DNA from: Candidatus Kryptoniota bacterium | GTDB taxonomy: Bacteria > Bacteroidota > Ignavibacteria > Kryptoniales > JAKASW01 | Direction: 5' to 3' | NCBI GenBank assembly: GCA_046706365.1 | Contig: JBJKPN010000083.1 | Coordinates: 7,541 to 71,540 of the forward strand | Length of the DNA stretch: 64,000 nucleotides | Shown: positions 39,716 to 48,065 of the stretch, piece after piece | Layout of the letters: every line of letters begins with the position of its first letter | How positions within the stretch are numbered: position 1 is the stretch's first letter | Made by a program: the position numbers and the translations under genes | The notes under the pieces: model-generated | What the model was told of the DNA's origin: nothing | Seen by the model: only the letters and a program-made list of their open reading frames with translations | Databases searched by the model: none

Positions 39716-40039
39716 ATGTCAATCAAGAGGACGGTTTCCATAGTGGCGTTTTCTTTCGTGCTGGTATGCGCCATGCCTTACGCAGAAAGATTGTGTGCCA
39801 GCGCGTACGCGAGCGAGATCGGAGGCAAGAGCGAATCGTCGCTTCAGAAGAGGATAGACACAAAGAACATGACGGGAGTCGACCTGCTGATCGCCAACCT
39901 GTACAACGATGACAGATTAATGTACGCAGTCATGGTAACGCTGGTCATGGCCGGGCTCGGCACAACCCTGGCCTTTCTGACCGATCTCGTCCTGAAGATG
40001 CTGGGCGTCGAGGTAACGCGGATTTCTCATCGAGAGTGA
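39716..40039 (+). CDS. Small hypothetical protein: signal peptide plus a single C-terminal TM helix
   Basis: 107 aa counted from ATG 39716, which has an AAGGAG site 6 nt upstream. MSIKRTVSIVAFSFVLVCAMPYA is signal-like. The C-terminal hydrophobic helix is YAVMVTLVMAGLGTTLAFLTDLVL. The track ORF starts at 39638. Confidence 0.55.
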   Translation: MSIKRTVSIVAFSFVLVCAMPYAERLCASAYASEIGGKSESSLQKRIDTKNMTGVDLLIANLYNDDRLMYAVMVTLVMAGLGTTLAFLTDLVLKMLGVEVTRISHRE

Positions 40040-40162
40040 ACAGATGACCCTCATTGCGGCCGTGCCGTCAGGCATCAGAAAAGGGCGTCCCCGCAGATCT
40101 CACCGGGAAGCCCGCACTACTTCCGATGAATACCGCGGTTCAGGCCGGACGGGCAAAGGCGA

Positions 40163-41704
40163 ATGAAAAAAGTCAAGTCCCTGAGTATATCCACACGTAT
40201 TTCCCTGCTGCTGGGATTGATCATCCTTGTTACTATGGGCACGTTCTCGATTTTCAGCCTCGTGAAACAGGAACAAGATTCCGTGGACTCTCTGAGCCGC
40301 AGTACTCTTTTGCTCAGTCAGACTACCGAGAAGATACTTAGACTCAGCATGTTGAAAAACCGGCGCGACGAAATTTCCATGGCGATAAAGAGCATCGTCG
40401 GAGAAGAGGGGATCCAATCCGTAAGGATTCTCAACCATAACGGTGTTATCAAGTTCTCCTCCAGGCAATCGGAAATCGACGAACATATCTCGAGAACAAA
40501 TCAGCTTTGCTCCAACTGCCACGTTGAAAACGACACCGCCATGATCCACCCCGTCAGTGGTTTTTACAGCTATCACTTCAACCACAAGAACGATATGATT
40601 TACAGTTCCCTTCCAATCTATAACTCACGAAGCTGCTATACGGGGGACTGTCATGCGACCGGGGCGAACGAGGCGTCGGTCGCACCGCCTGACTTGACGG
40701 CCCGAGCCGTCCACGATTCGTCGCAGACCATACTCGGATTCATAGAGATAGAAGTGTCCGCGAAAGAGATAATGTCCAACATCGACAGGACCCGTTCGGA
40801 GCTCATCCTGCTCACTGTACTAATAGCTCTCCTTGCGTCGACCGTCGCTTACTTTTCCATACGACGACTCGTCGGGAATCCCGTCAGGAAGCTTGTCGAG
40901 GGAACGAAGAGAGTCGCACAAGGAGATTTCGGCAGCGAGATTCCTTCCGGCGAAGCTGAAATAGGAATCCTCGCGGATTCGTTCAACACGATGCAGAGGC
41001 AGCTCCTTGCCACCCAATCGCAGTTGATTGAATCGGAGAAACTCGCTTCGGTCGGCAAACTGGCAGACGAGATCGCAAGCGAAATAAACAATCCCCTGAC
41101 AGGGATAATAGTCTATTCGGAAAGCCTGATCGAAGAATCGGAACCCGGGACACATGTCAGGGAAGATTTCGAAGTGATTCTTCAGGAAGCGCTCAAGATA
41201 AGGGAAAGCGTCAGAAACATCCTGTCGCTTGCGAGGAAGGAAAAACCGATCTTCGTGCCCGTCGAACTCGACGGCATAGTCAATCACGCAGTCTCGATTC
41301 TGAAGAAGCTCTCGAATTTCAGGAACATCAGGATAGTTACGGCCATTCCCCGGGTATTCCCGAAAGTGTCTGCGGATCCGGGACTCCTGCAACAGGTTTT
41401 CCTCAACCTGTTTCTTGTCTTCGCGGACAACATGCGGACCGGTGGAATACTGAGGGTTTCTGCTTCGCATCTCGAGCAGGAAGGAGCAGTGGAGATAAGG
41501 CTTTCAGCTACCGGTGGGGAGATATCCTGGCATATTATGGATGCCTTGTCTGAACAGGGTGCCGTCGACGATGCAGGCCACATCGAAAAGTCAAGGATCA
41601 GTCTTTCAGTTTGCCGGGATATCGTCGCGCTTCACAGGGGAAGAATTTACGCAAGCGTAGAATCGGAAGCGGAGCCCTCCGTGGTTATAGAGTTGCCTGC
41701 GTAA
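40163..41704 (+). CDS. HAMP-containing sensor histidine-kinase-like protein. The periplasmic domain carries CxxCH and Cx4CH motifs. The kinase core is degenerate (probable pseudokinase)
   Basis: 513 aa. TM1 at aa 12-33 and TM2 at aa 213-233. CSNCH at 40508-40522 and CYTGDCH at 40634-40654. HAMP after TM2. The H-box reads LASVGKLADEIASEINNPL, with Ser (AGC 41078-41080) where His is expected. N-box QVFLNLFLVFADNM, G1 LSATGGEI and G2 KSRISLSV all lack the consensus N, D and G residues. Confidence 0.8.
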   Translation: MKKVKSLSISTRISLLLGLIILVTMGTFSIFSLVKQEQDSVDSLSRSTLLLSQTTEKILRLSMLKNRRDEISMAIKSIVGEEGIQSVRILNHNGVIKFSSRQSEIDEHISRTNQLCSNCHVENDTAMIHPVSGFYSYHFNHKNDMIYSSLPIYNSRSCYTGDCHATGANEASVAPPDLTARAVHDSSQTILGFIEIEVSAKEIMSNIDRTRSELILLTVLIALLASTVAYFSIRRLVGNPVRKLVEGTKRVAQGDFGSEIPSGEAEIGILADSFNTMQRQLLATQSQLIESEKLASVGKLADEIASEINNPLTGIIVYSESLIEESEPGTHVREDFEVILQEALKIRESVRNILSLARKEKPIFVPVELDGIVNHAVSILKKLSNFRNIRIVTAIPRVFPKVSADPGLLQQVFLNLFLVFADNMRTGGILRVSASHLEQEGAVEIRLSATGGEISWHIMDALSEQGAVDDAGHIEKSRISLSVCRDIVALHRGRIYASVESEAEPSVVIELPA

Positions 41705-41705
41705 C

Positions 41706-42101
41706 ATGGCTGAAAAGGTAAAAATACTCGCCATCGACGGAGAGGATATAGTCCTCAGGTCGATAGCTAAGGCGCTCAGGCCGGACGAGAATACCGAGTA
41801 CGCAGTGACAACCGCAAACAATGCGATCGAAGGCCTTAAATTGGTGCGGGGCAATGTGTTTGAGGTGATATTCGTCGATTCCGTTCTGGCCGGCATGAAT
41901 ACCGAGGAAGCATTACGGAGAATCAAGAACACCTGCCCATCCGCCTCGGTTATTTTAATGTCCGGCTATTCGTCCCAACCCTCTGGCGTCGACCGGGACT
42001 TCGGAGATGCGGATGGCCTGCTGTCCAAGCCTTTTTCGGGTTCGGAGATTAGGTCCCTGATATCACGTATATTAAATGAGCGCAAAGGTCGAAGTGAATA
42101 G
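41706..42101 (+). CDS. Stand-alone response-regulator receiver domain
   Basis: 131 aa. KILAIDGEDIV (DD pair reduced to DG), IFVDSVLAGM (D58 acceptor), VILMSG (S86), LSKPF (K108). No output domain. Confidence 0.8.
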   Translation: MAEKVKILAIDGEDIVLRSIAKALRPDENTEYAVTTANNAIEGLKLVRGNVFEVIFVDSVLAGMNTEEALRRIKNTCPSASVILMSGYSSQPSGVDRDFGDADGLLSKPFSGSEIRSLISRILNERKGRSE

Positions 42102-42148
42102 AGTGAAGATTCGCATCCAGAACCCTGCGCGCAAGCACGAGAGAGTTC

Positions 42149-44800
42149 GTGACGATATTCAAGAATATATTCAGCCGAAAAAGAGCCGAACCGGTTTCGT
42201 TCAAGGATAAGCTCCATCACTTCCAGCGGCTTCTATTTTCCAACGACGAGGCCCTGAAACTAATGGGGAGTCTCAGCGAAATCATAGTTTCGGGAAAGCC
42301 ATTCTCAAAAGGGGACATATTTCCATTCTATTCCGATATACTGACAAATATCGAACAGGTGACCCGGCACCTTTCAGCCATGTGCGGCGGCAGATACAGG
42401 ACGCTTGCCTCCCGGGTTAAAAAGATTAGGGCAGACTGCGATAGCCAACTCGCGCCCGCTCCGTTTTGTCAGGAAAGGTGGGCGTGTGAAAAGGCCAATT
42501 GTGACGGGTGTGAAAAGCGGTCATATCCTGTCCAGGACTCGCCATACTCTTACCGCGTGGACGAGATAACTTACAACCACACACGTGAAGTCGGCGGCAA
42601 GATGAGCCGGCTTTGCGAGGTACATAACCGGTTGGATATTCCCGTCCCGGACGGATTTTGCCTCACGGCCAAGTGTTTCGAAGACTTCCTATCGCAGGAT
42701 GAATTGTATTCAAAGATTGACGAAGCTATATCGTCCATCGATTTCAACGATAATGCCCAGGTCCAGGAGGCGAGCCGGATCATCCAGGCGCTCATCGTGG
42801 CCTCTCCTATTCCGCCCATCATCGAAAGCACCGTTCTCGAAGAATACGATCGCCTTTCGGCCAGGCGCGGTGAGACTCTTGTAGCCGTCAGGTCAAGTGC
42901 CGTCGGGGAGGACGACCTGCATTTTTCGTTTGCCGGATTGCATTATACCGCACTCAATGTAAGCAGGGCTAATCTGGTCGACGCCTGCTTCGAAGTAATG
43001 ATCTCGAAATACCTGCCGCAGTCGCTGGTCTACCGATATATGATGGGCCTCAGAGATGTCGATATGCCTATGAGTATCGGCTGTATGCAGATGCTGGACT
43101 CCGAAGTCAGCGGGGTTCTCTTCACGAAGGACCCTCTGAGAAACAGGGATGAAATAATCATCCAGGCGGTAAGAGGTCTCGGGACTAAAGTGGTTGACGG
43201 AAGCGTGGAGGCACAGGAGTTCATAGTGGAACATTCTGAAAACTGCAGGATGCTTTCGTTCAAGCCCGGCAACCAGGATTATATGGCGACAGCCCGCCCC
43301 ACAGACGGACTGTACGACGAGCAGGTACCCGCCGAATTGAGACGCAAGCCATGTTTGGATGGGAACCAAATCAGGCAGATCGTGGGATACGCTCTCAGGA
43401 TAGAAGAATACTACGGTTCGCCGCAGGATATCGAATGGGCTATCGACGAGGACGGCAAAGTTTACATTCTGCAGTGCAGGCCTCTCGCGGTTTCAGAAGA
43501 GGCAGGCAACCACGAAGAAACAGGACCTCTATCGGAATCAACAGATGTGGAGCGTACTGCATTAATCGACAAGGGCGAATGCGCCAGTCCGGGAATCGGG
43601 TCGGGCAAGGTTTTCCTTTCAAACAGGTCAAGGGATCTTGTGAATTTCCCAACAGGGGGCGTTCTGGTTGTCAGAAAGACCTCACCGGAGTTGACCAGAG
43701 TTCTCCACAAAGCTGCAGGACTTATCGCGGATGTAGGAAACACGACAGGCCATCTTTCAATCATTGCCCGGGAATTGAAAATACCTGTACTTGTGAATAC
43801 GGGCGATGCTACTTCCCGCCTTTCGAACGACATGCCGATAACTGTCGACGCCGGCGCCCACAAGGTCTACCTCGGACTCGAAACACCTGCCCGGCCAGCG
43901 GATTCAGGAAATGTCAATTCGAGCAGCTTCATGCGGAGCCCGATGCACAGAGTATGGAAAAACATAGCCGAGTCGATAATACCTCTCAACCTGACCGATC
44001 CCGACTCTCCTGAATTCTCGCCGGACCACTGCAGGACATTGCACGATGTGACGAGGTTTGCACACGAGTATGCAATGAGGGAGATGTTCTCGCTTTACGA
44101 AGCCGCTGAGGATCAAGACAGGCAGGCATTCCCATTGAGGTTCCCCGTCCCCCTGGACGTCTACGTCATCGACCTCGGAAACGGACTTCAGAAAATAGAA
44201 GGACGGAAGTTCATCACCCCTGAAGACATCACATCCGAACCGTTCAGCTCACTAATCAAAGGGATGACGGCACCCGGCGTCAAGTGGGCGGGGCCGCTCC
44301 CGATCGACCTCAAAGGCTTTACAAACCTTCTGATGGCAAATATCGTCGATGCCGGAAGAAGCGATAGGGCTCTCGGCGGCAGGAGTTACGCGATCATCTC
44401 AGACTGCTACCTGAATTTCTCTTCGAGACTCGGATATCATTTCTCGCGCCTTGACGCTTACGCGAGCGAAGAGATCAACAATAACTATATCAACTTCGAC
44501 TTCCGGGGCGGCGCCGCGGATCCTTTGAGAAGAGTGAGAAGGGCCAGAGTCATAGCAAGGATTCTCGAGCGCTCCAATTTCTCTGTCACCCTGCAGAACG
44601 ACAATGTCCTTGCAACCATAAGGAAGATCTCCGCTTCGGCTATCTACGAGCTGCTGCACGAGATCGGAAGATTGATGGGTGCGGTACGAAATGCCGACGT
44701 TACGCTGATTACTGACGACAGCATAGAACAATTCGTCAACGCTTTTCTCAGCGGAGACCCGGCTCCCGCTATGCGGTTCACCGAAAGGCCTCCTGGCTGA
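42149..44800 (+). CDS. PpsA-like enzyme: Cys-rich N-terminal extension, PPDK_N ATP-grasp domain, PEP-utilizer swivel phosphohistidine domain, about 310-aa C-terminal domain of unknown function
   Basis: 883 aa. GGKMSRLCEV..IPVPDGFCLT, VAVRSSAVGEDDLHFSFAGLHYTALNV, QDIEWAIDEDGKVYILQCRPL (ATP-grasp). LIADVGNTTGHLSIIARELKIPVLV (swivel His). I recognise no PEP-utilizers_C TIM-barrel motifs in the last about 310 aa. N-terminal motif CQERWACEKANCDGCEK. GTG start. Confidence 0.75.
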   Translation: MTIFKNIFSRKRAEPVSFKDKLHHFQRLLFSNDEALKLMGSLSEIIVSGKPFSKGDIFPFYSDILTNIEQVTRHLSAMCGGRYRTLASRVKKIRADCDSQLAPAPFCQERWACEKANCDGCEKRSYPVQDSPYSYRVDEITYNHTREVGGKMSRLCEVHNRLDIPVPDGFCLTAKCFEDFLSQDELYSKIDEAISSIDFNDNAQVQEASRIIQALIVASPIPPIIESTVLEEYDRLSARRGETLVAVRSSAVGEDDLHFSFAGLHYTALNVSRANLVDACFEVMISKYLPQSLVYRYMMGLRDVDMPMSIGCMQMLDSEVSGVLFTKDPLRNRDEIIIQAVRGLGTKVVDGSVEAQEFIVEHSENCRMLSFKPGNQDYMATARPTDGLYDEQVPAELRRKPCLDGNQIRQIVGYALRIEEYYGSPQDIEWAIDEDGKVYILQCRPLAVSEEAGNHEETGPLSESTDVERTALIDKGECASPGIGSGKVFLSNRSRDLVNFPTGGVLVVRKTSPELTRVLHKAAGLIADVGNTTGHLSIIARELKIPVLVNTGDATSRLSNDMPITVDAGAHKVYLGLETPARPADSGNVNSSSFMRSPMHRVWKNIAESIIPLNLTDPDSPEFSPDHCRTLHDVTRFAHEYAMREMFSLYEAAEDQDRQAFPLRFPVPLDVYVIDLGNGLQKIEGRKFITPEDITSEPFSSLIKGMTAPGVKWAGPLPIDLKGFTNLLMANIVDAGRSDRALGGRSYAIISDCYLNFSSRLGYHFSRLDAYASEEINNNYINFDFRGGAADPLRRVRRARVIARILERSNFSVTLQNDNVLATIRKISASAIYELLHEIGRLMGAVRNADVTLITDDSIEQFVNAFLSGDPAPAMRFTERPPG

Positions 44801-44843
44801 CTAACCGGCCCGAATACAACCGGACATTTTTTCTTCACCATCC

Positions 44844-45983
44844 CTACGGGACCTCGCACTGCAATTGAACCTCGAGAATGTCTCCTGCCCGATTGTCCCT
44901 CCCTCTCCAAATGAGATAGTTGCCCTGCACTCTGACATTTGAAGCGATCAGATACGTAGCTCCGAAAACATAGTCCGTCGAAATCATGTCACGCATGCTC
45001 ACATCGGGATTATAAGTGTCGAAGCGGGCGGCGATCTGCAAGTCTCTCCCGGCCACATAATAGGCGGCCTGCAAGTACCCTCCCCTGCGACTTATCGCCC
45101 CGTCATTTCCGCCGATATACTCCCCGGAGATTTCGAGTGGAGAGTCAGCATAGTCAAACTCGAGTCCGAAGCGAGTCCTCCTGCCGCTGACAGGAGGGCT
45201 GCCCCACACATCAAAACCGTCGTAGTAGGAAACCCCGACATGTATCTCCCGGACGGGTTGGATCACAATTCTCCCGCAAAAATCCTTTGCGTCGTTCCTG
45301 TCCGGCACGTTTATGCCGGAGCCGTTGAAGACACCTGCGGCATATTCCAGCGAGGACGTGCTGTCGCAGCCGGCAAGTCTTCCGCCGACTTGCACTCCGA
45401 CATCCCGCCCGGACTGATTCCCGGCAACGTCGCCACTTCGGGCCACCAAAGACTCCACAACCTGGGAGCGGTCTATGAAATCGAGTCTGGCCGAAGACAT
45501 CAGGTTTTCCCTGGAAAAGGGAATCTTAAATTGGCCGGCCTTCACACGCAAGAACCGAAACGGCGAATAGTCGATATAAGCGTCGAGCAATCTGGGGGAT
45601 GCGGCAAAATCGGCCTGAAAGAAGTAGGACCATGGCTCCGTCACCCTGCCGGCCAGGCTAAACCTCATTCGCCTTATGTCTGCGCTGCTGATCCGGGACG
45701 TATCACCGTCCGATAGTTGATACCTGAGTTGGACATAACCGCCGAAGTGAGGAAGCAAGAGTGGCGCAGAAGATGGTGGGTTCCTTTTGTCTGTAGTGTC
45801 ACTGAAGGGCGAATCAACTTGAGGGTCCCCCGCTTTGCAACCGACCTCCAGTCCGGAGAGCTGAGAAAAGTCCGGCGCAAGGCGGGCGGGATTTGCCCCT
45901 GCACCGGCAGTTAAGAATGAGATTGCAACCGGGATGATCAGGTTAATTCGCATCGGATGATCCGGGAAGGAGATCGCGGGCAA
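44844..45983 (-). CDS. Phosphate-selective porin O/P (OprO/OprP) family outer-membrane anion porin
   Basis: FFQADFAASPRLLDAYIDYSPFRFLRVKAGQFKIPFSRENLMSSARLDFIDRS is a typical Porin_O_P block. The signal peptide begins at the internal Met (ATG 45953, MRINLIIPVAISFLTAGAGA), which is the likelier start. Confidence 0.8.
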   Translation of the reverse strand: MPAISFPDHPMRINLIIPVAISFLTAGAGANPARLAPDFSQLSGLEVGCKAGDPQVDSPFSDTTDKRNPPSSAPLLLPHFGGYVQLRYQLSDGDTSRISSADIRRMRFSLAGRVTEPWSYFFQADFAASPRLLDAYIDYSPFRFLRVKAGQFKIPFSRENLMSSARLDFIDRSQVVESLVARSGDVAGNQSGRDVGVQVGGRLAGCDSTSSLEYAAGVFNGSGINVPDRNDAKDFCGRIVIQPVREIHVGVSYYDGFDVWGSPPVSGRRTRFGLEFDYADSPLEISGEYIGGNDGAISRRGGYLQAAYYVAGRDLQIAARFDTYNPDVSMRDMISTDYVFGATYLIASNVRVQGNYLIWRGRDNRAGDILEVQLQCEVP

Positions 45984-46021
45984 GTCGAGCTGATTTCCTG
46001 CCGAAACGGATGACTGATGGG

Positions 46022-47206
46022 CTACGAGGACGCCACGACGGAGCCCCGAACGACATTTTCCTGCTTTGCCCGTTCTGCCACCCTTGCCTTAACCGCGGCG
46101 ACGTAAATGGCAAGCGGCCTGTACAATAGGTGTCCCCATTTCCCGAACGGCACCTCCACCACGAGCATCGGGACGACGACCGCCATGTGTACGGTATAGA
46201 TAACATATGTAGCCATCGCCAGGTTATTGACGCGGAAAACATGAAGAAGAATGCCCGTGAGCGCCGCCAGGAACAGCAATATCGGAAAAAGCCAGTCGGA
46301 AAAATGGCTGAACCTGTGCATCCCGGTCCGTTTCTTCATTCTGTCGATGATCATCCATATTGTGGCTATCATCAGTACGCCCGTTGCGTAATACCCTAAG
46401 AAGCTCGTCCAGTGAATGCTGCTGTCGTCCACCTGGAACCAGGGCAGGAATACGACGACAAGCGTGAACATGATGCCGTAGCCGCTGACGAGGAAGAGAT
46501 GGCGCAGCCAGTTCTTCATTTCCGTGCCGCTGCCGCAGTCCTTCCATCGAACTTGTGTCACGCCCTGAACAATCATGTACGGAAGCTGAGTGATGTACAG
46601 CCCCAGGGGTATCCTGTCGCCGCGCGTCATAGCCGCGAACATTCTGGCCGCATTTATTAGCAGCAGGAGACCGAGAGTCGCCGCCATAATTCTGTCGCCC
46701 ACATCAACTATCCCCACCGGCGCAAACCGGTCGAGCATAACGGCAGACAACGGCGCAGGTCCGGAACGGCCGAGCAAACCGAAACCGAAATTCGACGGCA
46801 GGATGAACAGCAATACAATCGCGGCCGCCACCGAGGCGAGGATGCCGATCTCCCAATACACGGATCTGTACATGAGCCGGGATAAGCCTGTCCAGTCGTA
46901 CTTCGAAGTGGCGTATCTTCTCATCGCCATCATTGTTTCGCCCGGCTCCGCTTTGCGCGGGCATCTTTCCGAACAATCCCCGCAATAGAAGCATAGCCAT
47001 GGACCGGGGTCTTCAAGCAGCCGGTCTTTCAATCCCCATTGTGCGAGGAGCATGGGTCTCCGGGGAAACGGGTCTTCCTCGGTCGAGAGGGGGCAGACTG
47101 CCGAACATGTTGCACATTGATAACATTTCTTGAGGTCCCCCGCACCGTACTTCTGAAGCTCCCTTATAAATTCACTGTCGGGAGTGACCAGGCTTCTATC
47201 GTTCAT
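46022..47206 (-). CDS. qmoC: Quinone-interacting membrane-bound oxidoreductase subunit C (HdrC-like 2x[4Fe-4S] domain + heme-b membrane domain)
   Basis: 394 aa. CYQCATCSAVCP and CFYCGDCSERCP ferredoxin motifs, followed by about 6 TM helices with conserved His. Same strand as aprBA and qmoAB. Confidence 0.85.
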   Translation of the reverse strand: MNDRSLVTPDSEFIRELQKYGAGDLKKCYQCATCSAVCPLSTEEDPFPRRPMLLAQWGLKDRLLEDPGPWLCFYCGDCSERCPRKAEPGETMMAMRRYATSKYDWTGLSRLMYRSVYWEIGILASVAAAIVLLFILPSNFGFGLLGRSGPAPLSAVMLDRFAPVGIVDVGDRIMAATLGLLLLINAARMFAAMTRGDRIPLGLYITQLPYMIVQGVTQVRWKDCGSGTEMKNWLRHLFLVSGYGIMFTLVVVFLPWFQVDDSSIHWTSFLGYYATGVLMIATIWMIIDRMKKRTGMHRFSHFSDWLFPILLFLAALTGILLHVFRVNNLAMATYVIYTVHMAVVVPMLVVEVPFGKWGHLLYRPLAIYVAAVKARVAERAKQENVVRGSVVASS

Positions 47207-47219
47207 AGTGTTTGTGCGT

Positions 47220-48044
47220 TCAAGGTTTTACACTTTGCGATGTCAGACGGGTGCCTGTCGGCCTGCCGCCGGATTTCACCCGCATCGTCTTGTCACCGAA
47301 CAGGCAGTACTTGAGCCATGTGATGCCGAACTTGAGCAGCTCTTCGTCATCCGATTTGATTTCGTTCACCAATTCCTCGTCCACTTCGAATCTTTCCAGA
47401 AAGCTGCTCCCAAAGACGAATTCTCTGAACTTATCTATGTTATAGCAGACGGTGTAAAACATTTCGAGCTTTGCCGGAGTAAGCTGCTTCTTCTCCTTGA
47501 AGAAATCGTGCAGCGAAAGTTCTTTGAACAGCTCCCCCATTTCCGAATAATGCTCGACCCCCTGGTCTGCTATCCAATCGGCCACCGTCCAGTCCTTCTG
47601 CTGCAAATATCCCTGACAGACCGACTCCTCGATCATGAAATAAAAATCTCTTTCGCCGCCCTCCCCACTCTCCTTCGGAGAGGCCACACCGAGCGGAAAC
47701 ATCCTGCAGGACCACGGTCGATCCTCATAAATGGAGCAGCCCTCGGACCGGACGAACGGACAGGACTTCCTCTCGTCGTCGTTCATCTTCAGCATGACCA
47801 CGGGGTGGTTCTGGCTCTCGTCGATGGGAAGGAACGTGTATTTGTCGAGGAATTCCTGCGATGAGATCTTCAGTCTGTTCTTCATCCGGATGATGTCATA
47901 CGGGGTCAGGAAGATGTTGACGTCGGTGCAACACATGTTGAAGCAGCTGATCCCTTTGTGGCAGCTGAACTTGAACCCGCTTTCCTTTTTCATGTGCGGA
48001 TAATCTTTCAGCACGGCCTCTTTCAGATTCTCAAGCTCTTTCAT
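47220..48044 (-). CDS. YkgJ/UPF0153-family cysteine-cluster (putative Fe-S or Zn) protein
   Basis: 274 aa. FSCHKGISCFNMCC near the N-terminus and CPFVRSEGCSIYEDRPWSCRMFP, the family hallmark. Lies 13 nt upstream of qmoC. Confidence 0.7.
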   Translation of the reverse strand: MKELENLKEAVLKDYPHMKKESGFKFSCHKGISCFNMCCTDVNIFLTPYDIIRMKNRLKISSQEFLDKYTFLPIDESQNHPVVMLKMNDDERKSCPFVRSEGCSIYEDRPWSCRMFPLGVASPKESGEGGERDFYFMIEESVCQGYLQQKDWTVADWIADQGVEHYSEMGELFKELSLHDFFKEKKQLTPAKLEMFYTVCYNIDKFREFVFGSSFLERFEVDEELVNEIKSDDEELLKFGITWLKYCLFGDKTMRVKSGGRPTGTRLTSQSVKP

Positions 48045-48065
48045 GGCAGGCTCTTTCGTATCAGG

